Below are positions 30,381-41,212 of a stretch of DNA of 64,000 bases, piece after piece (within the stretch, counting starts at the first letter, position 1; every line of letters begins with the position of its first letter). The stretch spans positions 18,059 through 82,058 of the forward strand of contig DBDW01000002.1 in assembly GCA_002293825.1 (NCBI GenBank), written 5' to 3'. A model generated the notes under the pieces. The model worked only from the letters and a program-made list of their open reading frames with translations, ran no database searches and had not been told where the DNA came from. This stretch comes from Candidatus Magasanikbacteria bacterium UBA922 (GTDB lineage Bacteria > Patescibacteriota > Patescibacteriia > Magasanikbacterales > UBA922). A program made the translations under genes and the position numbers.

Positions 30381-32024
30381 CTATGAAGTCCGAACTTTCA
30401 TCGCCGCTTTCACTAATCCTACAAACAAAGGATGCGGATTCATCGGACGAGATTTGAATTCGGGATGAAATTGAACCCCAACAAAATATGGATGATTTTC
30501 CAATTCTACAATTTCCACCAAATCAGTTTCAGGATTCACACCTACTACACGCAATCCTGCTGTATCCAGTGCTTCACGATACTCATTATTAAATTCATAT
30601 CGATGACGATGACGTTCACTAATCGTATCCGTCTTATATGCATTATGAACCCTGGTCCCATATCTCAATACACACTCATACGCACCAAGACGCATAGTAC
30701 CTCCATATTTTTGTTCACGCACATTTGAAGCTTGGAGAGGATTGATATGAATAATCGGTTCAGAAGTATGCGGATTTACCTCGACAGTATGGGCAGAAGT
30801 TTTTTTCAGCACATGTCGAGCAAATTCAATACATGCCAATTGCATACCATAACATAATCCGAGATATGGAATATGACATTCTCGCACATACTGAATTGCA
30901 GTAATAATTCCTTCAACTCCTCGTGTACCAAATCCACCCGGCACAATCACCGCATCATACATACTCAACTTTTTGACCGATGTCGGATCTTTTTCGAAAT
31001 CTTCAGAATCTACCCATTCTAACACTGGTTTTACTGATTGATTCCACGAAGCATGTTTGATAGCTTCGATTACTGAAATATATGAATCAGCAAGTGTAAA
31101 ATTACCCGTACCAAAATATTTTCCGACCACCGCAACTTTTAATTCACGTTTTCCATTCTTTACACGTTTCACCAAATTTTCCCATGGCTCAAGATTGGTC
31201 GTCTTCTTAGGAAGTTTAAGAATTGAAAGTAATTTATTCCCAATTTCTTGTTCCTCCATCTTAAGTGGAATCTCATAGATACTCGAGACATCAGGTGCCG
31301 AAATGCAATACTCCTTACGCACACCACAAAACACGGCTAATTTTTCTCGTCGTGGCACATCTAATTCCGTTGAACCACGAGCCACAATCATATCTGCTTG
31401 AAGTCCAGCACTATTGAGCGCGCGGGCTGCATGTTGGGTAGGCTTAGTTTTCATTTCACCAATATGTGAAGGAATGGGTAGATAACTCACGAGAACCATT
31501 GCCACACTTTCAGGATCTCTCAATTTCATCATCCGCGCAGCCTCGAGAAATAGAATATTCTCATATTCACCCACCGTACCACCAATCTCAATAATCGTAA
31601 TGTCAGCATGCGCATGCTGTGCAGCAGTCTCAATTCGTTCAATGATATGCTCAGGAATATGCGGTACCACCTGTACACATTTTCCTTTATATTTCATCGC
31701 ACGTTCTGCCTCAATTACACTCAGATACACTCGACCAGTAGTCATATAGTTGAGACTCGTGAGATCGACATCAAGAAAACGTTCATAATTTCCCATATCC
31801 TGATCAGTCTCATCGCGATCATCGGTCACAAATACTTCTCCATGTTCAAGTGGATTCATGGTACCCGCATCAACATTTACATATGGATCAATCTTGAGTG
31901 CGGTAACCGAAAAACCCTTTGCTTTCATAATCGCACCAATCGAAGCAGAAGTAACTCCTTTTCCTACACCAGAGAGTACACCCCCTACCACGAAAATAAA
32001 TTTGCGTTTACGAATTTTTGCCAT
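30381..32024 (-). CDS. pyrG: CTP synthase
   Basis: N-terminal synthetase motif FVVGGVLSGVGKGVTSASIG. C-terminal glutamine-amidotransferase triad context GLCYGMQ…HPEF. Confidence 0.95.
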   Translation of the reverse strand: MAKIRKRKFIFVVGGVLSGVGKGVTSASIGAIMKAKGFSVTALKIDPYVNVDAGTMNPLEHGEVFVTDDRDETDQDMGNYERFLDVDLTSLNYMTTGRVYLSVIEAERAMKYKGKCVQVVPHIPEHIIERIETAAQHAHADITIIEIGGTVGEYENILFLEAARMMKLRDPESVAMVLVSYLPIPSHIGEMKTKPTQHAARALNSAGLQADMIVARGSTELDVPRREKLAVFCGVRKEYCISAPDVSSIYEIPLKMEEQEIGNKLLSILKLPKKTTNLEPWENLVKRVKNGKRELKVAVVGKYFGTGNFTLADSYISVIEAIKHASWNQSVKPVLEWVDSEDFEKDPTSVKKLSMYDAVIVPGGFGTRGVEGIITAIQYVRECHIPYLGLCYGMQLACIEFARHVLKKTSAHTVEVNPHTSEPIIHINPLQASNVREQKYGGTMRLGAYECVLRYGTRVHNAYKTDTISERHRHRYEFNNEYREALDTAGLRVVGVNPETDLVEIVELENHPYFVGVQFHPEFKSRPMNPHPLFVGLVKAAMKVRTS

Positions 32025-32142
32025 ATAAAATAAAAAGATTCAATATACACATACAAAATGAAATGACATACATTCCCTTTGCTCTATATAAAGATATAAC
32101 AAAAAAAATAAAACACCCCTACCATAGAGAAGAGGGTATTAT

Positions 32143-32592
32143 TCAATTGAGTGCCTCTACGGTGAGCGTAAGTCGAGCACGCATATCTCTACTACAGCGA
32201 ACTAGAATTTCATAGGTACCCACCATCTTAATCGGAGCCTCAAGTATAACATCATTCGTTTCAACTTCTATACCAAATACTTCTTCGAGTTCGTCAACAA
32301 TGAGCGCTGGCGATATTGATGAATAGAGTGTTGTGCCCCCCGCAACCTTCGCAGCAACAGTAATTTTTCTACCATTAAGTTTACTAAACAGTTTTTCAAC
32401 TTCCTTTGTTTCAAGTGCTTTCATTTTTTGCTCTTTCTTCTTTCGAGCATCAATCATTGCGGTAGTCTGCGCAGTCACCACTTCAGCCAATCCTTGACGG
32501 ATGAGAAAATTGCGAGCATACCCTTCGGATACTTCTTTGATCTCACCTTTCTTACCCAATGTCTTGATATCACTCAATAACAATACTTTCAT
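32143..32592 (-). CDS. rplI: 50S ribosomal protein L9
   Basis: [30 protein letters not shown] is the L9 N-domain. Start trimmed to MKVLLL. Confidence 0.85.
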   Translation of the reverse strand: MKVLLLSDIKTLGKKGEIKEVSEGYARNFLIRQGLAEVVTAQTTAMIDARKKKEQKMKALETKEVEKLFSKLNGRKITVAAKVAGGTTLYSSISPALIVDELEEVFGIEVETNDVILEAPIKMVGTYEILVRCSRDMRARLTLTVEALN

Positions 32593-32691
32593 ATAGCTCA
32601 TATGATACCCCATACTTGAATTTTAGACAATAACGTGATATATTCTTGATATTAACTGAAAAATTAGATAATTAGATAATCACACACCCAC

Positions 32692-33540
32692 ATGAAATCC
32701 GGCTTCGCTATTCTCATCGGACGATCAAACGTCGGAAAATCTACCCTACTCAACACCCTCGTCGGAACGAAAGTATCAGCGACGAGTTTTCGAGCACAAA
32801 TGACTCGTGATGTGATTCATGGAGTAGTAAACACACCTGAAGGACAAATTACCTTTGTAGACACTCCTGGCATTTTCAAAGATCGTAAAAGTTCACTTAC
32901 CAGCAAACTCATACAAAAAGCAAAAGAAGCACTCGAAGGAGTAGACATCATAATCTATGTGGTAGACCCTACACGAGAAATCGGTGATGAAGAAAAATAC
33001 GCTTTTGGCTTGATTCGCCACATTGAATTACCAAAAATTCTAGTTATCAATAAAAGTGACACTCCAATACGTGAAAGAAAATATCAAAAAGAATATGAAG
33101 CTCTGGGCAAAGAATTCAACGCGGTACTCTCACTCTCTGCACTCCGGGCAAGTCATATCCAGCCTCTAAAAGACAAAGTAATGGAACTCTTACCTGAAGG
33201 AGAGCCGATGTATGGGGACGGACAATTGACCAACGTACACGAATATTTCTTTATCGGTGAACTAATTCGTGAAAAAATATTCTCAGTCTTCGACAAAGAA
33301 GTCCCCTACTCTATGACCGTAGAAGTAGATGCGATGGAAGAAAAACCCGACATCTTTGTAATCTCAGCAAGAATTCTCACTGATCAAGAACGATACAAGC
33401 GTCTCATTATTGGCACTGGTGGTAAAAAAATAAAAGAAGTGGGACAAATGGCACGCCGAGAATTGGAACAGGCACTCAACAAAAAAGTCTATCTAGAACT
33501 CGAAGTAGAAGTAGATCAACATTGGGTAGAGAGAATCTAA
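32692..33540 (+). CDS. era: GTPase Era
   Basis: G1 GRSNVGKSTLLN, G3 DTPG, G4 NKSD, and a C-terminal KH domain (…LIIGTGGKKIKEVG…). Confidence 0.9.
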   Translation: MKSGFAILIGRSNVGKSTLLNTLVGTKVSATSFRAQMTRDVIHGVVNTPEGQITFVDTPGIFKDRKSSLTSKLIQKAKEALEGVDIIIYVVDPTREIGDEEKYAFGLIRHIELPKILVINKSDTPIRERKYQKEYEALGKEFNAVLSLSALRASHIQPLKDKVMELLPEGEPMYGDGQLTNVHEYFFIGELIREKIFSVFDKEVPYSMTVEVDAMEEKPDIFVISARILTDQERYKRLIIGTGGKKIKEVGQMARRELEQALNKKVYLELEVEVDQHWVERI

Positions 33541-33564
33541 CGCTCAACCACATATTAAAAATAC

Positions 33565-33589
33565 AAAAAACTGCCTAAGGCAGTTTTTT
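33565..33589. terminator. bidirectional intrinsic terminator between convergent era and the riboflavin kinase gene
   Basis: aaaaaactgcc-taa-ggcagtttttt. Confidence 0.6.
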
Positions 33590-33612
33590 GTATGAAATAA
33601 AATAATCTTTTT

Positions 33613-33966
33613 CTACTTTTTCAAAACCTCTCTCACCAATTCAATATCATTCGTAATCTTTGCAATCAATTCCTCAGTCGTATCATATCGCTCAATCTCA
33701 CTCACTTTTTGCAACACTTCGACCTCGATATGTTTTCCATACAACGAAAATCCTGGATAATCAAGTAAATGTGCTTCCGCCCGATCAAGAGATTTGGGAA
33801 TAAAGACTGCTGCCATATATCGCTCTTTTCCAACCAAAGCCCATCCTGCAAAAATACCAGGACTCACATGTAATCGTTTCTTTTTGATATCTATATTAGC
33901 AGTTGGAAAACCCAAGACACGCCCACGCTTCTCTCCTTGGACCACAATACCCGTAATATGGAGCAT
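33613..33966 (-). CDS. riboflavin kinase (monofunctional flavokinase domain)
   Basis: IVVQGEKRGRVLGFPTANI… is the RibF C-terminal/flavokinase signature. 117 aa. Confidence 0.8.
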   Translation of the reverse strand: MLHITGIVVQGEKRGRVLGFPTANIDIKKKRLHVSPGIFAGWALVGKERYMAAVFIPKSLDRAEAHLLDYPGFSLYGKHIEVEVLQKVSEIERYDTTEELIAKITNDIELVREVLKK

Positions 33967-33975
33967 ACAAAAAAT

Positions 33976-35244
33976 TTATGGTGTGCGTAATAATTCCAAG
34001 GCTTTTTCAAGCCCTTTATCGATAAAATCATCAGAAGTAGTCCCCTCAGTTCCCTCTTTCTGAACAAACATTTCCTCAATCACATGATCTGGCTCAATAC
34101 CGACCTTATTAATTTGCCTTTTACGTGGAGTAAACCATTCTGCAATAGTCAATTTAAGCGCTGAGCCATCTGCAAAATATTCAAAATCTTGTACCGAACC
34201 CTTACCAAATGTCTTACTTCCAACCAATGTAGCAAGACCGTAATCTTGAAGTGCACCCGAAACAATTTCAGAGCCAGAAGCAGTACCACCATCGACAAGA
34301 ACTACCGTAGGAATTCCCTGAAAACGAGGTGTTCCTCCCGTGGCAGAATATTGATCTTCAGAACCATCATGATATTTTTCATATACAATGGGACCTGATT
34401 CTACCCACTCATTAGCCACTTTTACTGATGTATCGAGATATCCACCCGGATTACTTCGGAGATCGAGCACAATTCCACGAGGTTTTTTTGCTTTAATTTC
34501 TTTTACTGCTTTATCAAACTCGTTCCATGTCGTGTCATTAAAATAACTAATACGAAGATACGCAACATCAGCATCTTTCATACTCCAAGTAACCGTGGGA
34601 ACCGTGATAACATCACGTACAATTGTAATTTCACGTGGAGTAGAAGACTTTTCAGAAAGCACAGTGAGTTTCACCGACGTTCCTTTTTCTCCTCGAATCA
34701 GGGTTACAACCTCATCGACAGATTTTCCACTCACCTCTGTCTCATCTACCAACAAAATAGTATCACCAGCTCTCAAACCTGCCCGTTCAGCAGGAGATTG
34801 TGCAAGAGGTGCGATTACAGTGATTGCACCATTCTTAAGACCAATCTCAGCCCCAATTCCAAAAAATTCTCCAGAGAGATCGCGTTTGAACTCTTCTGCT
34901 TTTGCAGGAGGCATAAATACAGAATATGGGTCATTAAGTGCATTAACCATCCCAACCATTGATCCATAAAACAAATCCACTTCATTCACGGGAGTATACA
35001 CATATTTTTCCTGCACTTTTCTCCACACATTCCAAAATTGCTCAAACGAAATAGAGCTTTCATTTGATTGAGAAAAAAGATCACTTACTGCAGAAACCGT
35101 AAAAGATCGATCTCCTTGTAAAATTGCTCGCATTCCATACGATGTCCCTGTAAACACTCCTGAAACAAAAACTCCAACGATAAGAATGCCTGTCACAAAA
35201 GATTTAAAAAACTTATGTTTTGTGACTTTTTCTTCTGGTTCCAT
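33976..35244 (-). CDS. ctpA: carboxy-terminal processing protease (S41, PDZ-containing)
   Basis: N-terminal TM helix, a PDZ domain (…GLRAGDTILLVDE…), and S41 catalytic motifs RSNPGGYL and TASGSEI. Confidence 0.85.
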   Translation of the reverse strand: MEPEEKVTKHKFFKSFVTGILIVGVFVSGVFTGTSYGMRAILQGDRSFTVSAVSDLFSQSNESSISFEQFWNVWRKVQEKYVYTPVNEVDLFYGSMVGMVNALNDPYSVFMPPAKAEEFKRDLSGEFFGIGAEIGLKNGAITVIAPLAQSPAERAGLRAGDTILLVDETEVSGKSVDEVVTLIRGEKGTSVKLTVLSEKSSTPREITIVRDVITVPTVTWSMKDADVAYLRISYFNDTTWNEFDKAVKEIKAKKPRGIVLDLRSNPGGYLDTSVKVANEWVESGPIVYEKYHDGSEDQYSATGGTPRFQGIPTVVLVDGGTASGSEIVSGALQDYGLATLVGSKTFGKGSVQDFEYFADGSALKLTIAEWFTPRKRQINKVGIEPDHVIEEMFVQKEGTEGTTSDDFIDKGLEKALELLRTP

Positions 35245-35372
35245 ATAATAGTAATTTCCAAGTTGAAATGTAAACTCTCAAGAAAATGTTCATCCGCAAA
35301 CTTTTGTATCTCACCTCATGACTATATCCAACAAGGAATGTTAGAATTAAAAAATAGTCAATACACAAATAC

Positions 35373-36674
35373 TTACTCTGTTCTTACAATATCCGCCCCG
35401 ATACTCTGAAGTCGTGTTTCAAGATCTTCATACCCTCGCTCAATCACATATATATCTCGTAACTTCGATACACCTTTGGCAGCAAGCATACCAATCAATA
35501 ACGCCATAGCAGGACGAATTCCATCAGGAGCAATCAATTCACGCCCAGTAAGCTCGGTAACACCCTCCACAAATACTCGATGCGGATCAAGTAAGGTAAT
35601 TTTTCCACCAATTTTTTGAAATTCGAGATAATAGATACTTCGATTCTCCCACATCCAATCATGGATAAGGGTGCGTCCAGCAGCCTGAGTCGCAATTGGT
35701 ACAAAAAATGGAACATTATCAATATTAATTCCAGGAAATGGAAGTCCATGAATCTTGTCAGGAAGTGCAGTCAAATCAGAAGCTGTAATTGTAATATCCA
35801 CGATTCTGAATTTTCCATTCTCACTCATACGTTCACCTGCATACGAAATTCGTTGCCCCATCATCTTCAATTTTTCCAATTCTAATTCGAGAAAATCAAT
35901 AGGACAATTCGTAATCGTAAAAGATGAATGAGTAGTAACTGCAAGTGCAATAAATGCAAACGCATCAATAGGATCTGGCATCACATGATATTCGACATCG
36001 GTTTTTAATTTTTTGACACCATTGATAACTAACGTTTGAGTTCCAATTCCCTGAATCGAGACCCCTGCAGCCACGAGAAAATAGCACAGATCCTGTACCA
36101 TATAATTCGCAGAGCAAAATTTGAGTATCGTCTGCCCTTCCGCACGTGCTGCAGCCATAATCGCATTTTCAGTTGGAGTATCACCTGCTTCATACATCAC
36201 CACGTCAGACCCTCGTATCTTTTTATTCTTTACTTCATAAGAATCTTCAGTCGTTTTAATATCAATACCAAATTTCTGCAATGCATACAGATGAGGTCGT
36301 ACGGTACGCTCTCCCAATTTGCATCCACCCGAACGATATAATCGATACGACGAAACACGAGAAGCAAGTGAACCAAGCAATAACAATGATGAGCGTATCT
36401 TCATGGAAGCTGCTTTATCAATTTTTTCAAGCGCGAGCTTCTTTGAACTATCGACTACCAAGGTATGATCTTCGGTCCATGTACATGAAACATTAATACT
36501 TTCGAGTATTTCAATAAAACGATACACCTCTTCAATTCGAGGCATGTCTCGAAAAATCGTTCTTCCTTCTACCATAACGGCGGCAGAAAGAAGGCTCAGA
36601 GCTGAATTTTTTGCACCCCGAACCGAGATAGTACCCTTGAGTTTTTTACCACCATTAACCAAGTATGTCGCCAT
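35373..36674 (-). CDS. murA: UDP-N-acetylglucosamine 1-carboxyvinyltransferase
   Basis: MATYLVNGGKKLKGTISVRGAKNSALSLLSAAVM… and an EPT-fold repeat. 433 aa. Confidence 0.9.
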   Translation of the reverse strand: MATYLVNGGKKLKGTISVRGAKNSALSLLSAAVMVEGRTIFRDMPRIEEVYRFIEILESINVSCTWTEDHTLVVDSSKKLALEKIDKAASMKIRSSLLLLGSLASRVSSYRLYRSGGCKLGERTVRPHLYALQKFGIDIKTTEDSYEVKNKKIRGSDVVMYEAGDTPTENAIMAAARAEGQTILKFCSANYMVQDLCYFLVAAGVSIQGIGTQTLVINGVKKLKTDVEYHVMPDPIDAFAFIALAVTTHSSFTITNCPIDFLELELEKLKMMGQRISYAGERMSENGKFRIVDITITASDLTALPDKIHGLPFPGINIDNVPFFVPIATQAAGRTLIHDWMWENRSIYYLEFQKIGGKITLLDPHRVFVEGVTELTGRELIAPDGIRPAMALLIGMLAAKGVSKLRDIYVIERGYEDLETRLQSIGADIVRTE

Positions 36675-36743
36675 ACGCGCACAATTGAATTTTTATAAAA
36701 TATCACCTATAATACTATCAAATAATGCCGCACTACGCAATCT

Positions 36744-38078
36744 ATGAGTACAACACTCAAAACAGACCGTATTGGTCACCTGATTACACGACCAATACGC
36801 CGCGCACTCATGCTCTCGCTCTGGGTAGCTTTTTTTATAATTACCCCAACCATTATCCTCTATACCGCCGGCTATCGATACGATTTTACTACCGGAGAAG
36901 TCAAGCAAACAGGAGTTTTAAGTGTCGACATTTCTCCAAAAGATGCGCTCGTAACCCTCAACGATATTGTAATCGAAAAACAAATCCCTATTCGACTTCC
37001 TAATCGAGCTCCTGGCACCTATCTTCTCAAAATCGAACGACCTGGATATAAATCATGGGAAAGAGATATCGTAATCACAAGCAACAATACTACCTACATC
37101 AAAGATATTACACTCATCAAAGATGCCTTACCAGTACGAGAAGACAACATGAACACAGAAGGAGTTGTAACCATACAGGGTCATGGAGATGTACTACTCA
37201 TGCTCAAAAAAACCAATGAATTGTATGAACTTCATGTCAAAAACATGATAACTAATTCAGACACACTCATATATCGAACCCTAGCCACAACCGAACCAGA
37301 AATAGTAATCATACCACACGCCGAAGCAGCATATAGTAGAGTCACAGGAATAAAAACTGACCAATTCTATATAATACCACTCACAAATCCAGAAAACTCA
37401 ATCGTTACAGACATAGCCACTGATGCGGAACTCTCGATAGATCCTACCAACAAAGAAACAATACTCTACAAAAAAGAAGGGAAAAATATTACAGCATTCT
37501 CATTTTCAAAAGAACCTCGATTCATTGGTACCGCATCTACCAGCGCATGGTATGCTGATGCACAAGGCAGAATATGGGAAGCATATGGTTCACAAGTTAC
37601 AAATCCATACAATGGAAGCATTTACATCTTCCCTGATACCATTGACACGATTATTCATACCAATACCGCACGCATCATAGCGACACACGGTGAAAAAACA
37701 ATGGTCGCCACACTATCAGACAACGCTGTCACCACAATTGAAACAATCAACGGAACCAACACCTACTATAATGAAAAAACTGGCGAATGGCTCGTATGGT
37801 CACCATGGGAACTCACGAGTATTTACGCTGACGGAGGAGTAAGTCTACTCAATCGAAGTGGTGAAAAAATCAAAAAAGTCTCAGTACTCGATCCTGCTGG
37901 AGTATTACTCATTGCTACCGAGCAAGGTCTCTCAGCATTCAATCCAGGATATTATGTCCGTCATTCACTGATCAAAGTATCAGACTACGAACTAGCGTCT
38001 GTGCAGATGAATAATCGCAAACTCTACTTTTTTGGCACGTTTGCCGGACATCGTGGGGTACACTCATTGGAATACTAA
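36744..38078 (+). CDS. membrane-anchored PEGA-domain protein (surface/S-layer-associated type)
   Basis: N-terminal TM helix, then a PEGA-like module (VDISPKDALVTLNDIVIEKQIPIRLPNRAPGTYLLKIERPGYKSWERDIV). The remainder looks like a beta-rich extracellular domain. Confidence 0.5.
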   Translation: MSTTLKTDRIGHLITRPIRRALMLSLWVAFFIITPTIILYTAGYRYDFTTGEVKQTGVLSVDISPKDALVTLNDIVIEKQIPIRLPNRAPGTYLLKIERPGYKSWERDIVITSNNTTYIKDITLIKDALPVREDNMNTEGVVTIQGHGDVLLMLKKTNELYELHVKNMITNSDTLIYRTLATTEPEIVIIPHAEAAYSRVTGIKTDQFYIIPLTNPENSIVTDIATDAELSIDPTNKETILYKKEGKNITAFSFSKEPRFIGTASTSAWYADAQGRIWEAYGSQVTNPYNGSIYIFPDTIDTIIHTNTARIIATHGEKTMVATLSDNAVTTIETINGTNTYYNEKTGEWLVWSPWELTSIYADGGVSLLNRSGEKIKKVSVLDPAGVLLIATEQGLSAFNPGYYVRHSLIKVSDYELASVQMNNRKLYFFGTFAGHRGVHSLEY

Positions 38079-38146
38079 AATTTCAAAAAGCGCACCCATG
38101 TTTAATAAAAAATCTCCCACATGCGTGGGAGATTTTTTATTAAAAG

Positions 38147-39232
38147 TTATAATTCAACACTGGTTTTATCTCCAATAATCATCGATCGTCCACCTTCTTG
38201 TTTTTTCTTTGTAACTCTGACATTTTTTCCAATAATACTATGAGTGATATGTATATCGGCATAAATGCTAGAATTATCAAGGATGATAGAATCATCAATT
38301 CGGGCGTCCACAATCTCAGACCCAGAACCAATAGTCACGTGTGGCCCAACAACACAATTCTTGAGAAGTACATTTTCTCCGATAATAACCGGCCCCATGA
38401 TACTCACATTCTCCTGTATCTGCGAACCGCGCCCGATGTGCACGTCTCCCGAAATAGCTGCTCCATGAGCAAGTTCGGATGGATACGTAAAATAACTCTT
38501 ATCTGTTTTCTCGAGAAGCAATCGGTTGGCGATAAGGAGGTCATCGACCTTACCAGTATCTTTCCACCATCCTGTAATTTCTTTATATCCCACTTTCCTT
38601 CCCTGTTTCAAAAATAACGAATGAACACTTGAAATCTCATATTCTCCACGTGGACTTTTCTGTATATTGGCAAACGCATCAAAAAACACATCTGGTCCAT
38701 AGAGATAAATTCCGGTAACAGCAAAATTATTTGGTGGGCTACTGGGCTTCTCAATGACATCGGTCAAAATTCCCGTCTCATCAAATACCGGCACTCCAAA
38801 TCGTTCAGGATCAGGAACAGACGACAACGCAAGCATACAATCATATTTTCCTGAATGAAACTCGTCAAAAAGTGGAGTAAGATCGCCCAACAGCACATTA
38901 TCCGATAAGTAAAACATAAAAGGCTCGCTACCAATAAATTTAGCCGCCTCATTCACCACATGTGCAATACCTTGTGGACCACCAGTCTGCTCAAAGAACG
39001 TGATCCTGATCCCCCAATGCCCACCGTCTCCAATCATTTTCTGAAGCTCGGTCTCCCCTGGATTGGTATTGATAAAAATCTCGGTCACTCCCGCATTGAC
39101 TGCCTTTTCAATTGCATGAAAAATCATCGGCTTGTTGGCAAGCGGAAGCAAATGTTTGTTGATAGTGGTCGTAATCGGCTGCAAACGCGTTGCACGCCCA
39201 CCACCAGTAAGAATAGCTTTACGTATTTTCAT
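38147..39232 (-). CDS. sugar-1-phosphate nucleotidyltransferase with a C-terminal left-handed beta-helix domain
   Basis: N-terminal motif KAILTGGGRATRLQPITTTINKHLLPLANKPMI (RmlA/GlmU-like). C-terminal hexapeptide repeats. Confidence 0.75.
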   Translation of the reverse strand: MKIRKAILTGGGRATRLQPITTTINKHLLPLANKPMIFHAIEKAVNAGVTEIFINTNPGETELQKMIGDGGHWGIRITFFEQTGGPQGIAHVVNEAAKFIGSEPFMFYLSDNVLLGDLTPLFDEFHSGKYDCMLALSSVPDPERFGVPVFDETGILTDVIEKPSSPPNNFAVTGIYLYGPDVFFDAFANIQKSPRGEYEISSVHSLFLKQGRKVGYKEITGWWKDTGKVDDLLIANRLLLEKTDKSYFTYPSELAHGAAISGDVHIGRGSQIQENVSIMGPVIIGENVLLKNCVVGPHVTIGSGSEIVDARIDDSIILDNSSIYADIHITHSIIGKNVRVTKKKQEGGRSMIIGDKTSVEL

Positions 39233-39244
39233 AAGAACCTTAAC

Positions 39245-40351
39245 TTACCACCAAATTAAAACTTTGACAATCACCCAATAATACATTTTCATAAGTGGAT
39301 TCCCCACATAGACAAGCAATGGATTTCTCGTGTCTTGTTCCTGAAAATAAATCCCCGATACAGTATATTTCAATAATTGACGATCAGAAATCATACGCTC
39401 AGTCTGAATTTTTTTACGCTTAGAAAGCCAAATTGCACGATTATCTTTTTCCAACCAATATTTATATACATCGAATCGTTTTGAAACATATCCCTTTTTA
39501 AACGCAAAGATCCACAAACCAATCTCAAGCACAAACCACATAGGAAAAAGTACAATACACGTTGGTAATTTAAAAAACATAAGCATCACTGCATATCGAT
39601 TCCGTTCCATTAAAAATAATTTTTCAACACTCCTACCAAATTGGTACTTATGATAAAAGACAGAATCTCGAACGAGCACCGATCGATACCCGTGAACACG
39701 CAAACGAAGAGACCATTCCAAATCTTCATGATACATAAAAAAATCAGGATCCCAACCACCATATTTCAAAATCAAATCACTTCGCACCATCAAAGCAGCG
39801 CCACTGGTATAATCCACATCCTTGATTGCAGGAAGAGAAATATCACGGACATTCGTACGATACTGATCGCAGAACCCAAAACCTAAATAATGAAAAGAAT
39901 TACCTGCACTATTAAGTAATTCGGTCTCAGGGTGTAGTAGTACCAATGACTGTGCCGCACCGATCGTAGCATCGGATTCAAATGCATGCACTAATGGCTC
40001 AAAAGCGGTTGTAGCAAAAAAACCGTCATTATTATGAAAAAAGATATAATCACATCCATGTTCGATAGCCCACAAAGCTCCCACATTATTTCCACCAGCA
40101 AATCCGAGATTAGTTTCTTGTGGAAGTATGGTCACTCGAGGTAACTCATTACCTGAATAAGGCATCACTGTTGATTCGAGATAATGTACAAAGGATCCTT
40201 CTGCATCATGAGGATTAGCTACAATAACAAGCTCAAGACGATCTTTCGGATAGGTAATCTTTTTCAACGCAGAAACCATATCATCAACATACGATTCATT
40301 GTGATAATACAGGAGATATATAATTCCAATTTTCGGCTTGAGTTGTTCCAT
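39245..40351 (-). CDS. glycosyltransferase family 2 with C-terminal TM segments
   Basis: GT-A fold motifs and a DxD-like …HNNDGF. C-terminal hydrophobic helices. The start was trimmed to MEQLKP so it does not overlap the upstream gene. Confidence 0.65.
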   Translation of the reverse strand: MEQLKPKIGIIYLLYYHNESYVDDMVSALKKITYPKDRLELVIVANPHDAEGSFVHYLESTVMPYSGNELPRVTILPQETNLGFAGGNNVGALWAIEHGCDYIFFHNNDGFFATTAFEPLVHAFESDATIGAAQSLVLLHPETELLNSAGNSFHYLGFGFCDQYRTNVRDISLPAIKDVDYTSGAALMVRSDLILKYGGWDPDFFMYHEDLEWSLRLRVHGYRSVLVRDSVFYHKYQFGRSVEKLFLMERNRYAVMLMFFKLPTCIVLFPMWFVLEIGLWIFAFKKGYVSKRFDVYKYWLEKDNRAIWLSKRKKIQTERMISDRQLLKYTVSGIYFQEQDTRNPLLVYVGNPLMKMYYWVIVKVLIWW

Positions 40352-40358
40352 ATAATAA

Positions 40359-41204
40359 TTAAAGTTTGGTCGCGTAATATTTATGAGAATTCCTCCACTT
40401 CCACACATACTTGATCCAGCTTACAGCATGAATGCGTGCAAGTTTATTCTTGAACAATGCTCTAAAAATCCCAGGAACTTTCGCAGAATCTCTCGCATGT
40501 GCATGCTTGATCACAATATCATGGACATAATACACCGACCAACCAGCGTCCCACATACGATGACACCAGTCACAATCTTCAAAGTACATAAAATAACGCT
40601 CATCAAACAAGCCGATCTGATCTACCACTTCTTTTCTTACCACCAATGCAGCGCCAAGCACCCAATCAACAGGACGAGTGGTACTGTGATCGAAATCTTT
40701 CATCTCAAGTTTGTCTGCATGTTTTTTAACCCAACGATATTTTTTATCAAGATTAATATGTTTCAATGGCTTAATAAGTATCGACGAAAGATTAAAACGA
40801 TAACATGAATATTGCAAACTATCATCCATATTAACCAATTTTACGCCAATCCCGCCAATACGAACATGTTCGTCCATAAATTTCACAATTCGTTCGATGA
40901 CACGAGCAGTATCAGGAATAATAGTGTCCGGATTAAGTGCAAAATAATACCGCGCCTCTTCGGCTTTAAAACCCACATTGTTACCACGACCAAACCCCAC
41001 ATTACCTCCCGCATCTATGTAGCGCACCAGAGGAAATCGATCTCGAAGTATTTCACGAATACCATCCTGATTTTGCGAATTATCGACGACTGTAATCGCG
41101 ACTGAATAGGAGCACTCCTGTATATCTGCGAAAACCGAAGTCAAGGCTGTAACAATATCATCCTTTCGCACATAATTCAGAAATACAATATGAATATCTT
41201 TCAT
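40359..41204 (-). CDS. glycosyltransferase family 2
   Basis: VVDNSQNQD…GFGRGNNVG and a DxD-like EDCD motif. Confidence 0.65.
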   Translation of the reverse strand: MKDIHIVFLNYVRKDDIVTALTSVFADIQECSYSVAITVVDNSQNQDGIREILRDRFPLVRYIDAGGNVGFGRGNNVGFKAEEARYYFALNPDTIIPDTARVIERIVKFMDEHVRIGGIGVKLVNMDDSLQYSCYRFNLSSILIKPLKHINLDKKYRWVKKHADKLEMKDFDHSTTRPVDWVLGAALVVRKEVVDQIGLFDERYFMYFEDCDWCHRMWDAGWSVYYVHDIVIKHAHARDSAKVPGIFRALFKNKLARIHAVSWIKYVWKWRNSHKYYATKL

Positions 41205-41212
41205 AATCAATA

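Noticed and set aside
32025-32142. Possible terminator or sRNA in the pyrG-rplI spacer
   Set aside because: Only weak, imperfect stems (acccctac…gggt) were seen. They are not convincing enough to call.
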